A stretch of 64,000 nt of DNA, taken from Kondoa subrosea (lineage: Eukaryota). The stretch covers positions 920,925-984,924 of the forward strand of contig BCIN01000004.1 of assembly GCA_039545335.1 (NCBI GenBank). The letters run 5' to 3'. The notes under the pieces were generated by a model, which made no database searches, was not told the DNA's origin, and worked only from the letters and a program-made list of their open reading frames with translations. Below are positions 12,711 through 25,570 of this stretch, in pieces. The position numbers and the translations under genes are program-made. Every line of letters begins with the position of its first letter. Positions within the stretch are counted from its first letter, which is position 1.

Positions 12711-13459
12711 ATGCAAACTTATGGTCCACCTCAGCGTCCGCCCATGGCAGCACAAAGACCTTCTGCAACCTTTCAACCCGCTCAGCCAATGCAATATTCC
12801 CGCTCTATGACTCGAACGCCTTCTCCTGCTCCCTTCGACGAATCGTCTCGTATGCTTTGTTTTCTTTCACTCGTGTACGAGACTTGATGATCTAAGAAAC
12901 TGGACAGATCCATATTTCAGCAATCCTTATCGTCCGGATGGACCTCGAGAAATGCGAGCTATTCCGCTCGTGTCCTCCAGGACTCCAACGCTCCGGCCTA
13001 AGCCTCTGACAGCTAGCTTCTGCTTAGTGAGTTCGCGACTTGTGCTTCTCTTGAATGCTGATAAGACAACACAGGGCTTTCTCTGGACTTTCGTATGCTG
13101 GTGAGAACGATTGTACTCCTAGGCTTGGTTCAGTGCTGAGATATAGTATAGTGGATGTTGCTGTGAGGTAATAATTCTGCCCACCCAAACGCATTGCTGT
13201 CACTGAGAGACTAACTAGGCAGGTTTATTAGGATGCCTTGATGATTGCTGCGACACATGGTGCGTCTCGGATTCTGTTTGTTCAATCGGGCACCTGCTGA
13301 AGGGTTCCTCCTTTATGTCTCTAGTTTCGCTATGTGCGGATGCGATGATCCTCTCTGTTGCCTCTGTTTGGACTGTAATTATAGAGTAAGATCATCCGTG
13401 CTTCTTCTGCTATTGAAGACAAGACTGAAATCTCGGCACAGCGAAACTATTATTTCTGA
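12711..13459 (+). CDS. Small protein, Pro/Gln-rich N-terminus and Cys-rich C-terminus (CYSTM-like)
   Basis: Seven exons assemble in frame: MQTYGPPQRPPMAAQ...ASFCL|GFLWTF|YSGCCCE|AGLLGCLDDCCDTC|FAMCGCDDPLCCLCLDCNYR|RNYYF*. Confidence 0.6.
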
Positions 13460-14079
13460 TAGGCAAGTTTGCGAAATCCTGTACAACTATCAAATCCAAT
13501 ATACGGCCTGCTCGGACAACGGAACACTTCTTCGGTCAAGAGGATTGCTCAGCTCATGTCAATATTGTTCCGACAACTAGACGTGGAGCTTTTCTATTGT
13601 GATTATAAATCCCAACAGGCACCTTTCTATGCTTTGCTTCTTCGATTTGCTTTTCCTAGCGGCCATTTCGGCTCAAGGGCATGCCTCCGACACAATATGC
13701 TTACAGCTCAGAAGCCAATGAAGCCATGCTAACGCAGAGATTTCGACATGCTTATGTTAAGCTTTTTGTTCGTCGATTGATTAGGAGCGGGCCGCCGGAG
13801 ACTCTGTGCGCGTGATGCAGGCAAGAACATGGAGAAGTATGCCGTAAAGGACTACTTGCCGCCGATTACCATTACAAATACGGTTCCAACGGATTCCTTG
13901 GCCTTTGTTTCTTTTTTGGGTTCGGTTGAGATACGGGATACTTAACCTTTTGTCATTGCATCCCGCTATCCTCTCCCTTTCCTTCTCTCTTTACAAGCCA
14001 CAGTCTCTGAATTTTCTTGTTTCTTCTTCAAGAAATTCTCACGCTCACAAAGCACCCACACTCGTTTTCCCTCAAGGAG

Positions 14080-15991
14080 ATGAAGATTACCACTTCTTTC
14101 GTTTTTGCAGCCTTAATGGCTTCAATTTCAAGCGTCTCTGCAGCATACTCTTGCGACGCTGTCAACGCCTTGACTGGTGTAGAAGCTAATCAAGTCGCTG
14201 TAAGCCTATACCCTCCCTTCTTGGGAGGAAAGCCATTTCTGATTGTGCAAGACAGGCGTACTGTCGTGTCTATATGGGTATGGTACCAATCACAACCACC
14301 ACGTAAGCTTCAAAGGCTTTCTGGAAATGCAACAGATATTGACTCTCCTTTTTATAGAACTGCAACTTCCACAAAGGCTACTCGATGGATTACTCGAGGT
14401 TCGGCCTTGCATCAGACATGCTTGACCCTTGTCTGACATTGCTTCGTCAATACATATAGGAGCTCTTATGGTAAATCTTCTATTTCTAGTCAATCATTAT
14501 GATGTGGTCTGACTTCTCTCTCACATCATAGACCAACACGCGTATAATTCAGCTCGACCCGACTACGACAACTACGACTATCAAACAGACCACGTGAGTC
14601 TATTCGTAAGAATGAGAAATCAATCGATGGGCTGAATTCCTCAACAGAGTGACCACCACTACACCAGCTTCTCGAGCAACAACGCAACTGGTTACTTCAA
14701 CAGCTTATGTTGACCCAGATGGCGCGTGAGTCAAATTTGCTTTGCCGATATTTGGATAACTTTAATTTAATTTGAATGGCAGTACTATTGCTATCGAGAA
14801 GCGTGCTGAACCAACAGGTAGCCCTGCTCTTGAGGCCCGCGCTCGTTTGGCTCTACCGGACATGTTTACTGGTTTCCGTAGAGAAGAGATCAAATTCAAC
14901 TGCCGTTGCTTGAACTTGCCAAAGATTACCATTACCCGTTCTGTGACCAAAGGTGAATGCCTTGCTGGAAGTCTTATAAGCACTAGTCTGAAGTATTGCT
15001 AAACTTATAGCTGTTTTCGCTACATCGACTACGACTCTGCCTCGCAGAATTATTACGGTGAGAACCAGCTCAATTCTATCTTTTTCACCACACGACTGAA
15101 ACGGGATGTTTCGCTAGACCACCACTGTTCCAGCTCCAATAGTCACAGCACAGGCATTCAATATTTTGACCAAGGTGCGCTTTTTCCTTTCCGCTTGCGC
15201 GAACGCACAGCACTGATACAATGCCTTGACACTTACAGATCATCACCCTCGCCGCTCCGGCTGCTGTCACTCAAGTTACTGTATTTGAAGATGTCCACTC
15301 TTGCCCTCCAAGTCAGCCTCAAACCGACTATGTTTGCCCCGCCGGAACTGCAGATGATGATGGAAGCGATCCAAGTGAGTCCTCTCAGTAATTTTTGAGT
15401 GAACAGATGCTCAGATTGTCTTTCCAGATTACAACACTTGCGGTGTGGTAGCTCTGGACAACTTTGAGGGCAATTGCGTTTATTGTAAGTCATGCTCAGT
15501 ATCGGTATCTGTTTCTCTGTTGACTCAAATGTCGTGTATCTATAGGGCAAGACGATGGCTCTGCAGTCGAATCAATTCTTCGCCTTGGTGATGGATCAGG
15601 TGATCCAAACAACGATCAACAGAGATATGCTACCTACGGAGATGGTGCCGAAGATGACTGCCCGCTGTATGCTGGTACGTCATCACTACCTTCCGATTGA
15701 TGGCTTATGCTGATACCATGTCTCGTGACAGACTACACTTGCGCTGTCTCTGGTGGATCAAAAAGATCTCTCTTCTCTCGCGACAATAGCAAACGTTCTT
15801 ACACTGGAAGCAAAGCTGGTACTCATGCTAGAGTCATCAAGACTGCTCCTCGCAAACCCGGTTTGTTCTTTTCGCTACATTAGCCTTGCGTGTCTCATTC
15901 TGCTACGTCATCAGGACATGGTCACTATATTCCTTTCGACGTATATCAAGCCAGAATTGCTGCTGCTCGCGCTGCTAGAGCTGGCCAATGA
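14080..15991 (+). CDS. Secreted Thr-rich, Cys-containing protein of unknown function
   Basis: Signal peptide MKITTSFVFAALMASISSVSA, Thr-rich exons, EKR dibasic site, NCRCL motif, many GT-AG introns. Last exon HGHYIPFDVYQARIAAARAARAGQ*. Confidence 0.7.
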
Positions 15992-16354
15992 ACTAAATGT
16001 TTTCTCAACTTACCTTCTCCTCTAGCAATTGTAATGTTCTGGTATGTAGCGGTAACAGGTAGTAGTAGTAGTAGCAGACGAATGTATGGGAAGACTACTT
16101 GCTTGTCATGCTCGTTGCCTCGTGGCTTAACCGTATTACGTGATTTTTCCGTTGGGCGTAAATGTAAAACCTTCTTTTCCCTTGGCTAGCTTCGATGCAT
16201 ATGTATGCCTCGTAGGGCACCACTTGCTCCTGCACGTCGACAGCGCGATACCTATACCTGTGTCTCCTGAATCTCGTCGGGCAATTCTCGCAAATGCCAG
16301 TTGTGCCTTTGTAGGGAGGTCTGGATCGTCTCATCGCACTCAGTCTCAGTCCAA

Positions 16355-18442
16355 ATGGTTCCCTTACTCAAACGCTCCCTTTCGATCTCTTTCCCATCTC
16401 ATCCGTCGACTTCCCAAGATCCTCAGACCGATCATTACGCAAACCTGAATAACGCGTCAAACGGCGGTAGTAGCAGCAAATCTTATAATCTGCTCGGGAT
16501 GAGGAAAGGCTCTCTACCTGGTTCAACAGCATTGCTCTCAGATGGCATCAAATTTGAGCCTGTACAAGAGCGACAGCGGGAAGAAGCTAAGGCGGACAAG
16601 GCTCGCAGTCCCTCAAAGTTGCTCAAGTCACGGAAGAGAGTGCCCTCTAGTGTTGGTGAAGCTATGGTGCGCTATAATTTGGCTTTGTTGTTGACAAAGA
16701 TGTACTCATATTAGGTTTTACTACAGCCGACCAAGAAAACTAGTCATTTGGCTTCCTTGATGCCTGCTTTCGGTCAGAGCAGTGAGTCCATTAGCTTACT
16801 TACTTGCTTTGCAAAGTATCAACGGATCTGCATCACAGAAAATCGAGAACGTAGCGAAAGTTGCGGATCTGCAGTTGCGCCAGAAGAAGCTGCAATTTCA
16901 GTCAAACGCCCGCTGCCTAAAGCTCCCATCCCTAAATCTGTAGCACAGCCTCAAGCTCCGTCGCAGAAGCCAGCAGTACCTCAACGTCCTCGAATGATTC
17001 GGAAAGCAAGCTCGGCTGGCGAACTTGGTTCTCTTCTACCTTATGACTCTCCGGTCGTTCCTCTTGCTTCTTCAGGACCACAACCTGGTCCTTCTTCTCT
17101 CAAGATATCAGAACAGCGAAGACCATCACAGGAAGCGACTCAAATCACGCCAGTTCGAAGACCACGCAAAGACAGCTTGCTGCAATCTCCTTCACCTTCA
17201 CCATTGCGTCCAACAAATCGTGCCCCGCTGCTACCTCGAACAAGACAGATGTCTATTGGAGACGTTTATTCTCAACCCAAGACATCATCTCCGGTACTGA
17301 AGCATTTGGACAAGCCAAGTCGCATGGCGGCCATGCAACGCCGATCGCCACGTCCGCCTTCGCCCGAACAACATGCCCCTCTAGTCGTCCACATGAATAG
17401 CGGCGGCCTGTCACAATCAGCTGAACTGAATCTGGCAAACGATGGCGCGATGATAGTCTTGCAATGCGCAGATCCGGTAGAATTGGATTGGAAATGCGTT
17501 GGAATACCTGGAACAGGTGGTACAAGATGGGAACTGCGAATTCGCAAGCCCGAACTCAATACTTTACGACAACCTATTCCATTTTCGCCTTCTGCATTCA
17601 GCAACACACCTTCGCTTTCTCCAGCTTCGATTCGAACTTCTTCCCCTTCACCTACTCCTCTTACTCCAGCTCATCGAGCTACGAGCACCTCATATCGAGA
17701 TCAACGTCGTCAACAATCTCCCGCCCTCTTTTCCGATCCGTTCTCAAGTCGAGACATACATGGCACGCCTCGGAATACTGAATACCCTCCTTCACCTTGC
17801 ACACATGATCTGTCAAGCGGCACGGACTCTCCTCCTTTGCCAACTACACCTAAGCGAAACGGCTTCATCTTACCTCCCGGTTTCTCTAGTTCGCCAACTG
17901 CTTCACCTCGGTCAAAAGTAGCAGCGGCAGCAGCAGCAGCTCAATACCGTAACTCCCTTTCTCCCTTTCAAGAACGCAATGCTATGTCTTTCATGACCGA
18001 TCTTGACCAAAGCAGCACTTCCATTTCACCTCCAAGTACTCCTCAAAGCGCGCGACCTGCTGTCAAGCATATTCCAGCTGAATCATCAAGTCCATCCAAA
18101 CCTCGAGTCGTCCGTCGATCTTCAAGTGAGGCAAGCGATGAAGAAGAAGATTGGGATGGCTACGCCGATATCCTCAATCGACTTTCCGGTGACTCTTTCA
18201 CACCTTCTGGTCTCATGCTTGTTCAGCCTTCTCAAGCGACTTCAGCACTAGCGAAAAGGAGATTGGGGAATGGGAAAGCTTTGGAACTGAGATTGGCTGC
18301 TTTTGATCAACCGCTCCCAAGTCCTCGAAGCACCACGAAATCGGAACTGGAGGTCTCGAGATGGTCAGAAACTGAAGGCGGCGATTCAGAAGACGATCAA
18401 TCCAGCTTTTCTCAATCAAGACCTTCTTCTTTTACTTTATAA
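16355..18442 (+). CDS. Ser/Pro-rich, largely disordered hypothetical protein
   Basis: 564-codon ORF (16748-18442) plus upstream exons starting MVPLLKRSLS. One small beta-like segment (VELDWKC...TRWELRIR). Confidence 0.7.
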
Positions 18443-18735
18443 TATTCTTCGACTCACACAACTTAACGATTTCACGAAACGCAAACTTCAAATATGTAAT
18501 CGATAAGGGCTGGCACCCTTTGTATAAGCTACAGCCTCAGAGAAGCATACACGGAATCACTGTTGTTGTATCTATCTCTCGTCTTTTCGTTAATTTCAGT
18601 AGAATCATTGTAGTTATTGTATGGGAAAGGTAGTACACTCGCACTTCGGATATAGATACACATGTTATGCAATTGATTAACTTATGTACACTTCTAACAG
18701 AATACTTTGACACATCAAGCCTTCTATGTAAGAGA

Positions 18736-21092
18736 TCAAGCTTGCTGCCCTTCTTGCAAGGCTTTCTCATCAGACACTTCTTGATCTTCTCTACGTTTGT
18801 CTTCCGCAGCAGCTTGCTTGATTTCTAAGGAGAATGCTGATCTTGCTCGAATTGTAGGACCCCACTTGAAAAAGACGAAAGGTAAGACGCCTAGAACGGT
18901 AGCCAGAGCGGCTAAGATAGTGGTTGCTATTGCTGGCTTGACATCTGTGTAAAAGTTCTGGCCCACAATGACGATACCAGCGGACAGCCTATGAGAACAA
19001 TAAGATCGCCTCTCGCACAGGCTTCAGCCAACTCACGATTCTCGCAAGAAAGATTGACCAGTAACTGTTGAGCTTCAGCTATGTACACGGAATAGGCTGA
19101 GAAATAGCTGACCTGCACTGGAAGCTAAGTGTCCACTGAGGTCCAAGAAGATATCAGCTTTGCGTATTGACACAAGTTCAGACTGCGTACTATGACTCGA
19201 CGGTGAAATCACTGCGGTCATGATTAGTGAAATGTCATGGAAATATCGGATCACGGCTCACGAGACCATTAAGAATAGAATATGTGAAGAGGTTCCGAAC
19301 ATAGCCAAAAAGATGCATGATACAGCCCAATGTACTGAAGGAATGCCGGTCCAGGCGAAGCCATAGAGAGAAAGTGGAAAGATAATCCCAGCACTATAAG
19401 GGATATAAGTCGTCAGTCGCGCAAAAGAAATTGAGCACTACACGCACAGAAAGCCCCATAACAGCTTCGATTCGGGTATTTTCCCTCGCTTCCGTTCCAA
19501 GCGATTGGCAGCGCTAAGCTGGACAGGATAAAGTGCGACTACAGATGCTTGATTAAGTATCACACCGATAAGTGTCAGACAGACTCACTGCCGATGAGGT
19601 AGCCAATAACGATAGAGAAGAAGATAAATTCTACAATCTGTTGCTACAATTTAGCCTACGTGAAGGCGTGAGCTTATTGCAACTAACCGGTTCTCGAATG
19701 CCATGTTCAGCGTACACAATAGGTACGGCCTCAATTGCCAGATAGATGATGGCGTAATTGAGACCATCGTAGATTGCGAACCAGGCAACAATAGGTTCAG
19801 TGAAAAGCATGACTGTCAACCGACCATTTGCTTAGCCTTCGCCCGAAAGGGCGAAAGAATAACTCACAGACAGGTCTCCAGAGCGTTTCTTTGATCATCT
19901 GGCCAAGAGGTCTCTTGCCTAGGCCTTCATGTTCAGCAAAGTAATCTTGGTTGCCAGTTTCTTTCCTCATCTTCTGCGCTCGGCGTTGCAGGAGGATGCC
20001 GCCTCGGGTTTCTGGAACAGACACAATCAGGACAGCGGTAAGACCGAAGCCCTGATACTCTTATGGGCTCGTCATTCGGATAGCGCGAGCAATAGACATA
20101 CGACAATCATCGAAACCCAGAAGGTCCATCTCCAGTTTAAATTCCGGACAATATATGCACCAAATATAGGCGCTGAATAGAATTAATCTGAATGTCTTTC
20201 TCCCTGCCAGGCTGTAGTATATTTCAGCTCACCTATAACGATTCCTTCTGCACTCAAAGCCCAGATATTCAGCGCCCAACCACCTTGAGGATCATCAGCC
20301 AAGAATAAGTCTGGTATAAGAGCAACAGAGTTGAAGACTGCTGAACCAAAGAAACCAGCGATAAAGCGAGAGATAATGAGGGCTTCGATATTTGTCTATC
20401 CTCTTCAGATCAGAAACATTTGGGAGGAGAGCACATAGGAGAATGTACTGCTAATGCTCCAGGAATTTGAAACTGCTCGTACAAATTGCCTAAGCGAAAA
20501 TTGGGATACAGGATAAAACAAGACGTACGATGTATAGCATGAACAGGCAGACAATAAAGACTTTCTTTCTTCCGAAATCTTCTGCTACAGGACTCCATAC
20601 TACCCTATAATCAATTGTAAGCCTACTTATAGACAGCAGTAAGGCGAAACTGACGGGCCAAGCGAGAAACCAAGCAGATACATTGCTGTTGGTATACGAG
20701 CTACGAGATCGCTGATACCGAATTCTTCTGCCACAGAATGAACAGCGGGAATATATCTGCTCCCTTTCAGCCGAGATCTTCAGGCTTGAACGAGATACTA
20801 ACATGGCACCTAATCCAGCAACCTGAAGAAATTGTGAGCGAGATGCGAAGAAGATGCTACTAGAGCTTACCCAGAAGGTATGGAAACACATGATAATGAC
20901 TATGAGCCATTTCTTAGCCAAGCTCCAATTGTACGGATTCGCAGGATCTCCCCGTTTAAAGTAAATCATATGAGGATCCAATCGAGCTGATCGCATAACA
21001 TTATGAGTACCCAGATCTGATGCTCTGAACCTGCACCAATGACCGACAGCGTGTTTTAGCCTGAGCTGGATTACCCTCTTGCCCTGTTTCAT
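18736..21092 (-). CDS. MFS transporter, DHA1 (drug:H+ antiporter) family
   Basis: Motifs GDPANPYNWSLAKKW, GPVVWSPVAEDFGRK, LNWRWTFW, VPETRGGILL, LFTEPIV, PFVFFKWGPTIRARS. Start codon uncertain. Confidence 0.9.
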
Positions 21093-21401
21093 TATCGTCC
21101 GAATCTGTGACTTGCATGGTCATATTGGTATCAGGGTATATCTGCCACTACATCCAGCTGATCTGTGGTATCTGCTTGCTTTCACCTTGAAGATCGCTTT
21201 TTCTTGGCAACCCTAATATTTTAAATGACTCCTGCTTAAATCATCGGATCGCGTTATTCAGACTCAACATTGCCGATGAAGCACATCTCCGAAATAGAGC
21301 AGAATGAAAGGTCAAGACCAGTGCATACATTGTAAATCCATAAACTTGCGCTATTTGACAAATCACTGGCTACAAAATCATCAGAACGAGAACAGATCGC
21401 A

Positions 21402-22217
21402 CTACCACCACCTCCTCCTATCACCGTGCGAGCCGAAATGATTCACTTGACTACGTACTTTCTGCTTTTGAATCCTTTGAGCCTTCTGCAAACGTTTCAT
21501 TTCTCGCAGGAAAGCTTTGACCAAGACAATTTCTCTTAAAGGCTGTTCCGTATCGCCGTTTGATTGAAGATGATGACCACCACCATGAAGCGAGACATCG
21601 GCAGTAGGTTTGAAATGAACGAATCCCGCGTCCCAAGCAGCTTGTAGCTCCGCTGTTTCTTGCTTTTCATTCTCTTCTGCTTCTTGATCCGTGATTTCCT
21701 CTGACCCAGCCTCGAGATAGAGAAGATGTGGTCTGAGGTAAGCAGAAACTAACTTCCGATCTTGCTTTACTGTGAAATGATCTTCGGCAGGAATGCTCCT
21801 GGTGTGTGACAGGTCTCGTGGGTTGCTCGGATTGGTGACGAAGAGTTTTCGCTATTGCGGAAGCAAAGGTTGGGAAAGACGATAGTGATGTGCAGCGGAA
21901 GAGTAGGGACTATCCGAGTCTGCATAGAGGGAAGGTTGGGAGCAGCCGCCGTCATAGCCGTATGCATAGTAAGAATAGACTGAGTCTGAGCTAAGAGACG
22001 AATGCATACTGGACGAGCTATCAGCATCCAGAGCTTTAAAGAAGACAAGAGCGCTCACTTTTGAAATCGTATTGACAAAGACTGAGGAAGGAAGAGAGTA
22101 TTTGTTGCGCAGCATCACACACCCTACGCTTCCGTAAGATTGCGATGCTGCTGAGCCCATCGCCAAGGGAATACATGAAAAACGGAGGAACAGGGAAGCG
22201 GAGGTGACCGTCTTCAA
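21402..22217 (-). pseudogene. Long reading frame interrupted by one in-frame TAG (pseudogene, read-through or base error)
   Basis: ORF 21852-22217 and the open frame 21402-21851 (RKLFVTNP...LREMKRLQKAQ...) are in the same frame, separated only by TAG at 21852-21854. An upstream TACTAAC...CAG acceptor near 22323-22354 suggests a 5'UTR intron. Confidence 0.45.
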
Positions 22218-22969
22218 AAGGTTCGCAAGTCATCGCGCAGAAGCAGCAGCAATCAGCTCAATGAAGGGTATCTTCTTGACCGACAGAGCGTGGTGCAGAT
22301 AAGATTACTCCAGAGTGGACAACTGAATGCAGCAAACATATTGCGGAGTTAGTACGCACAAGCAACAGATGGGAAGCAAGCAGATGAAAGGTGAAAGGAA
22401 GACAGAAATGATACGAGCAATAAGTATGAGACTCATAATAGACGTTGGGTTCATGTATTGTTCAAGAAAAGCAGCTCAACTTGAAACGCGCAGCAAAAGC
22501 TGATGGAATCGAGAATGATGACAGTATCATAAGCAGATAGAGCTCGAGCATAATCGGCATCCTGTTTGACATCTGAGCTGAACAAGGTGCCAAAACTCGA
22601 ATTGCTACACTTAGCTCCACTCTTCCTTGCGCAGATTCAGACCAGGACATATCGGTCGCTCTATTTAGAGAGGCGTTCGCTTCTTCAAGGTCTGCTTGAC
22701 ACCCAAGATCACTCTCGCTTGTTGAATATCAACCATCGGGCGAACAATTGGGTATGTAGAACGAGTCTTGAACGAGTCGCAATCAGGCCCTCTGGCGCAT
22801 CTTGACATCCACTACAAGACTGTCTGCCAATCGAACAAAACTACAGTCAGCATTGCTTCCCTTGTTTACGCAGTGTGACTCTTCCAATCTTTGAGACTCG
22901 AAGTACGGTATTTGCAACTATTCAGCTCTCTCTTTCCTCGATTCCTTCCTCTCATCCTCTGGGTACTTT

Positions 22970-24952
22970 ATGCAGACCCCGCGAGGTAAAGGCCTGCTTA
23001 CGCGAGACGCACTCAAGCTCTTCACTTGCTATTCCTTTGATTTCGCACTGGGGTTTCATGATGCCTGTGCTGGAGCCTTATTGCCTGTGTGTCCCATATG
23101 CATTTCAATTACTGATCTCTTCAATCGCTCAAATTGGTGCTTTCATTCGAATACCTTAGTACATCCAAGATTACTACAACATCAACTTCGAAATAGTCTC
23201 ACTGCTTTTCGTTGGCATATTCGTTGGCACATTGAGTGAGCGGTCAGACGTCTTAGCAAGAAGAACAAGTCTCATTTTCTTGTGCTTAGATGTGGTTTGC
23301 ATCAATGTGCCATTAAGCAAGAAGGTCAATTTTGGTCAGGTATGGATGAACTTCATATCGTAGAAATTAAATCACTGATAGTTCTGCTAGGCGTTTGCGA
23401 TCGGAGGAGCGACTTTGCTTTCTGCCTACATCATTCTAGCAAATGAAATGCCTTTCCGTAAGTCCTATGCTCTGCGCAATCACACGTTGAGGACACTGAC
23501 TCGCTTGTGACAGCCGCAATGGTGCTGGGCTATGTTATTGCTGGAGCCGGGTTGTCCTTACTAGACGTGCGAACAAATACCTACATCGGAATACTACCCA
23601 ATTCTCGTTTCAAGCTTGGCATCTTACATGGCTGTTACGGACTGGGTGCATTAATATCACCTTTGGTCAGTCAAATACTTACTGTTATTGTACACATGCT
23701 CAATTCCCATGAGAATTAGGCTGCAACGGCTTTCGTCACTTCTGGAAAAAAATTTCAACTCTTCTATCTTTGCGCTCTTGGTGTATCGTTCCTCAACTGC
23801 ATTCTCGTTCTCGTCGCTTTCCAACTAAAAGAAGAACCAAATCTCCGCATGTCGTCCTCTTTACCTGCTTCTGGGCCCAAGCAGACTACAGCAATTCCGA
23901 ACATAATTGTTCCATCCGTCCCGGTTGAGAAGAGCGAAACCACTCCAGCGATCACGAAAGAAGAAATAGCAATAACAGAAGCTGATCAAGTATCTACATT
24001 GCCTTCTGATCCAGATCCTGTTGCGAGTCTATCAGTGAGAAAGAGCCTGCAATTCCGACCAGTCTGGGTTCTTGGGTAAGTGTTTTATCGACTTGATATT
24101 GACAACAAGTATAGCTGGACTGACTAAAGCGCAAATCAAACAGAGTCGCTTTGATGGGATATACTGGGGCGGAAGTCGTCTTTGGTGGATATAGCGTCAC
24201 TCGTGACTGTCTATAGTCTGTCTCAGCCGAGTCATACTGATGCGAGGGACAGATCTTTTTGATGTACGGAATGGTTCGCCAGATACTGGATATATTGTGA
24301 CGGGCTATTGGTCAGTCCTCACTAACACAAACTCACAAGGTACTGAAATGGACATAAAGGGCAGGAATTGCCATATCTCGAGTTCTTTTCGTTCCTTTGG
24401 CCAAATTGATAGGCGATAAACTCATTATCCTCATCTACCTTTTCATCGCTCTCCTATCTCAATTAATCATTTGGTTCGTCAACAATATACCTGCCAACGC
24501 AGTAGCTATCGTTCTTGTCGGTCTATCTCTGGTAAGTCACTTCACACTAGAGAGCGCGGAAAGATTCGTACGAAGTGTGGATAGGGACCTGTTTTCCCCT
24601 TGGCTATTTCTCTTTTCATCAAAACTGCTCCGAGGGAAACACGCATGGCCGGTTTAAGCTTAGTCGTAAGTCGATGCATAATTTCCGTCGACTAACGCTG
24701 AGAATCTTGAAACAGAGTTGTACTTCACGTGCTGGTGGAGCTTTTTTCCCCTTTATTGTTGGCGAGATCGCTCAGCGTACAAGTATCAAGGTGTGTTATT
24801 TCGACTCCCTAGAGTAAATGAATGTCTCAGCGAGTGTATTCAAGGCATTATCACCTTGCATGATTTGCATCTTGGCATTTACACTCAGTATATGGACATT
24901 CATGCCGAGCAAGCGTCAAGCAGATAATACGGGACAGAGTGAAACACCCTAG
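22970..24952 (+). CDS. MFS transporter, Bsc6/fucose-permease-like
   Basis: Motifs GFHDACAGALLP, LGILHGCYGLGALISPL, YTGAEVVFGGY, GY.VTGYWAG, GGAFFPFIVG. Many introns; stop TAG at 24952. Confidence 0.85.
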
Positions 24953-25570
24953 AGAGCCTGAGGAGAAAAGGTTATGACGAAACTTACAAATCCAAATGTC
25001 ATTACTTTGAGAAATTTGACCGTGTCTCTTCTTTTCCTTCATCCTTCCTAAGTTTTATACTTAGCATGATGAACACCCTGGATGGAGTATAAACTCAAAT
25101 TGCGCTCGTGACTGATCATCTAGTACTAAACCGTTTAAACCAGTTCTTATTCCTGGTTAGGTTTTTTCTGGTACATGGATTGATCGTTGCTTGTCGTTAT
25201 GAGGATAGGCTCGTGCCATCACCATTAAACTTGTTACAAAAGACGAGCTTTGGGTCGTACTGAACTTCACTTTCTCCTTTCTGGCTTTCTCCTGTTGATA
25301 GCATATTGTATTTTGTCTTGAATGGATTTAAAGCTTGTTCGTAAATATAGCGAGTTGAATGTGTCATGACTGAGACCAAAAGACCTGAAGAGGACTATGA
25401 GCGGGAATGACGCTCGACGATCTCGAACTTGTTTGTTTTGGACCACGGTCGACTTGTTACAGCCGCTTCTCCTTTGCTCGATCGACTGACTACTCACAAG
25501 AGCAGCTAAGATTCTACGCTTCGCAACTTTAGCAAGACCGCTCTTCTTTAGACCTTTCTCATCCATCATC

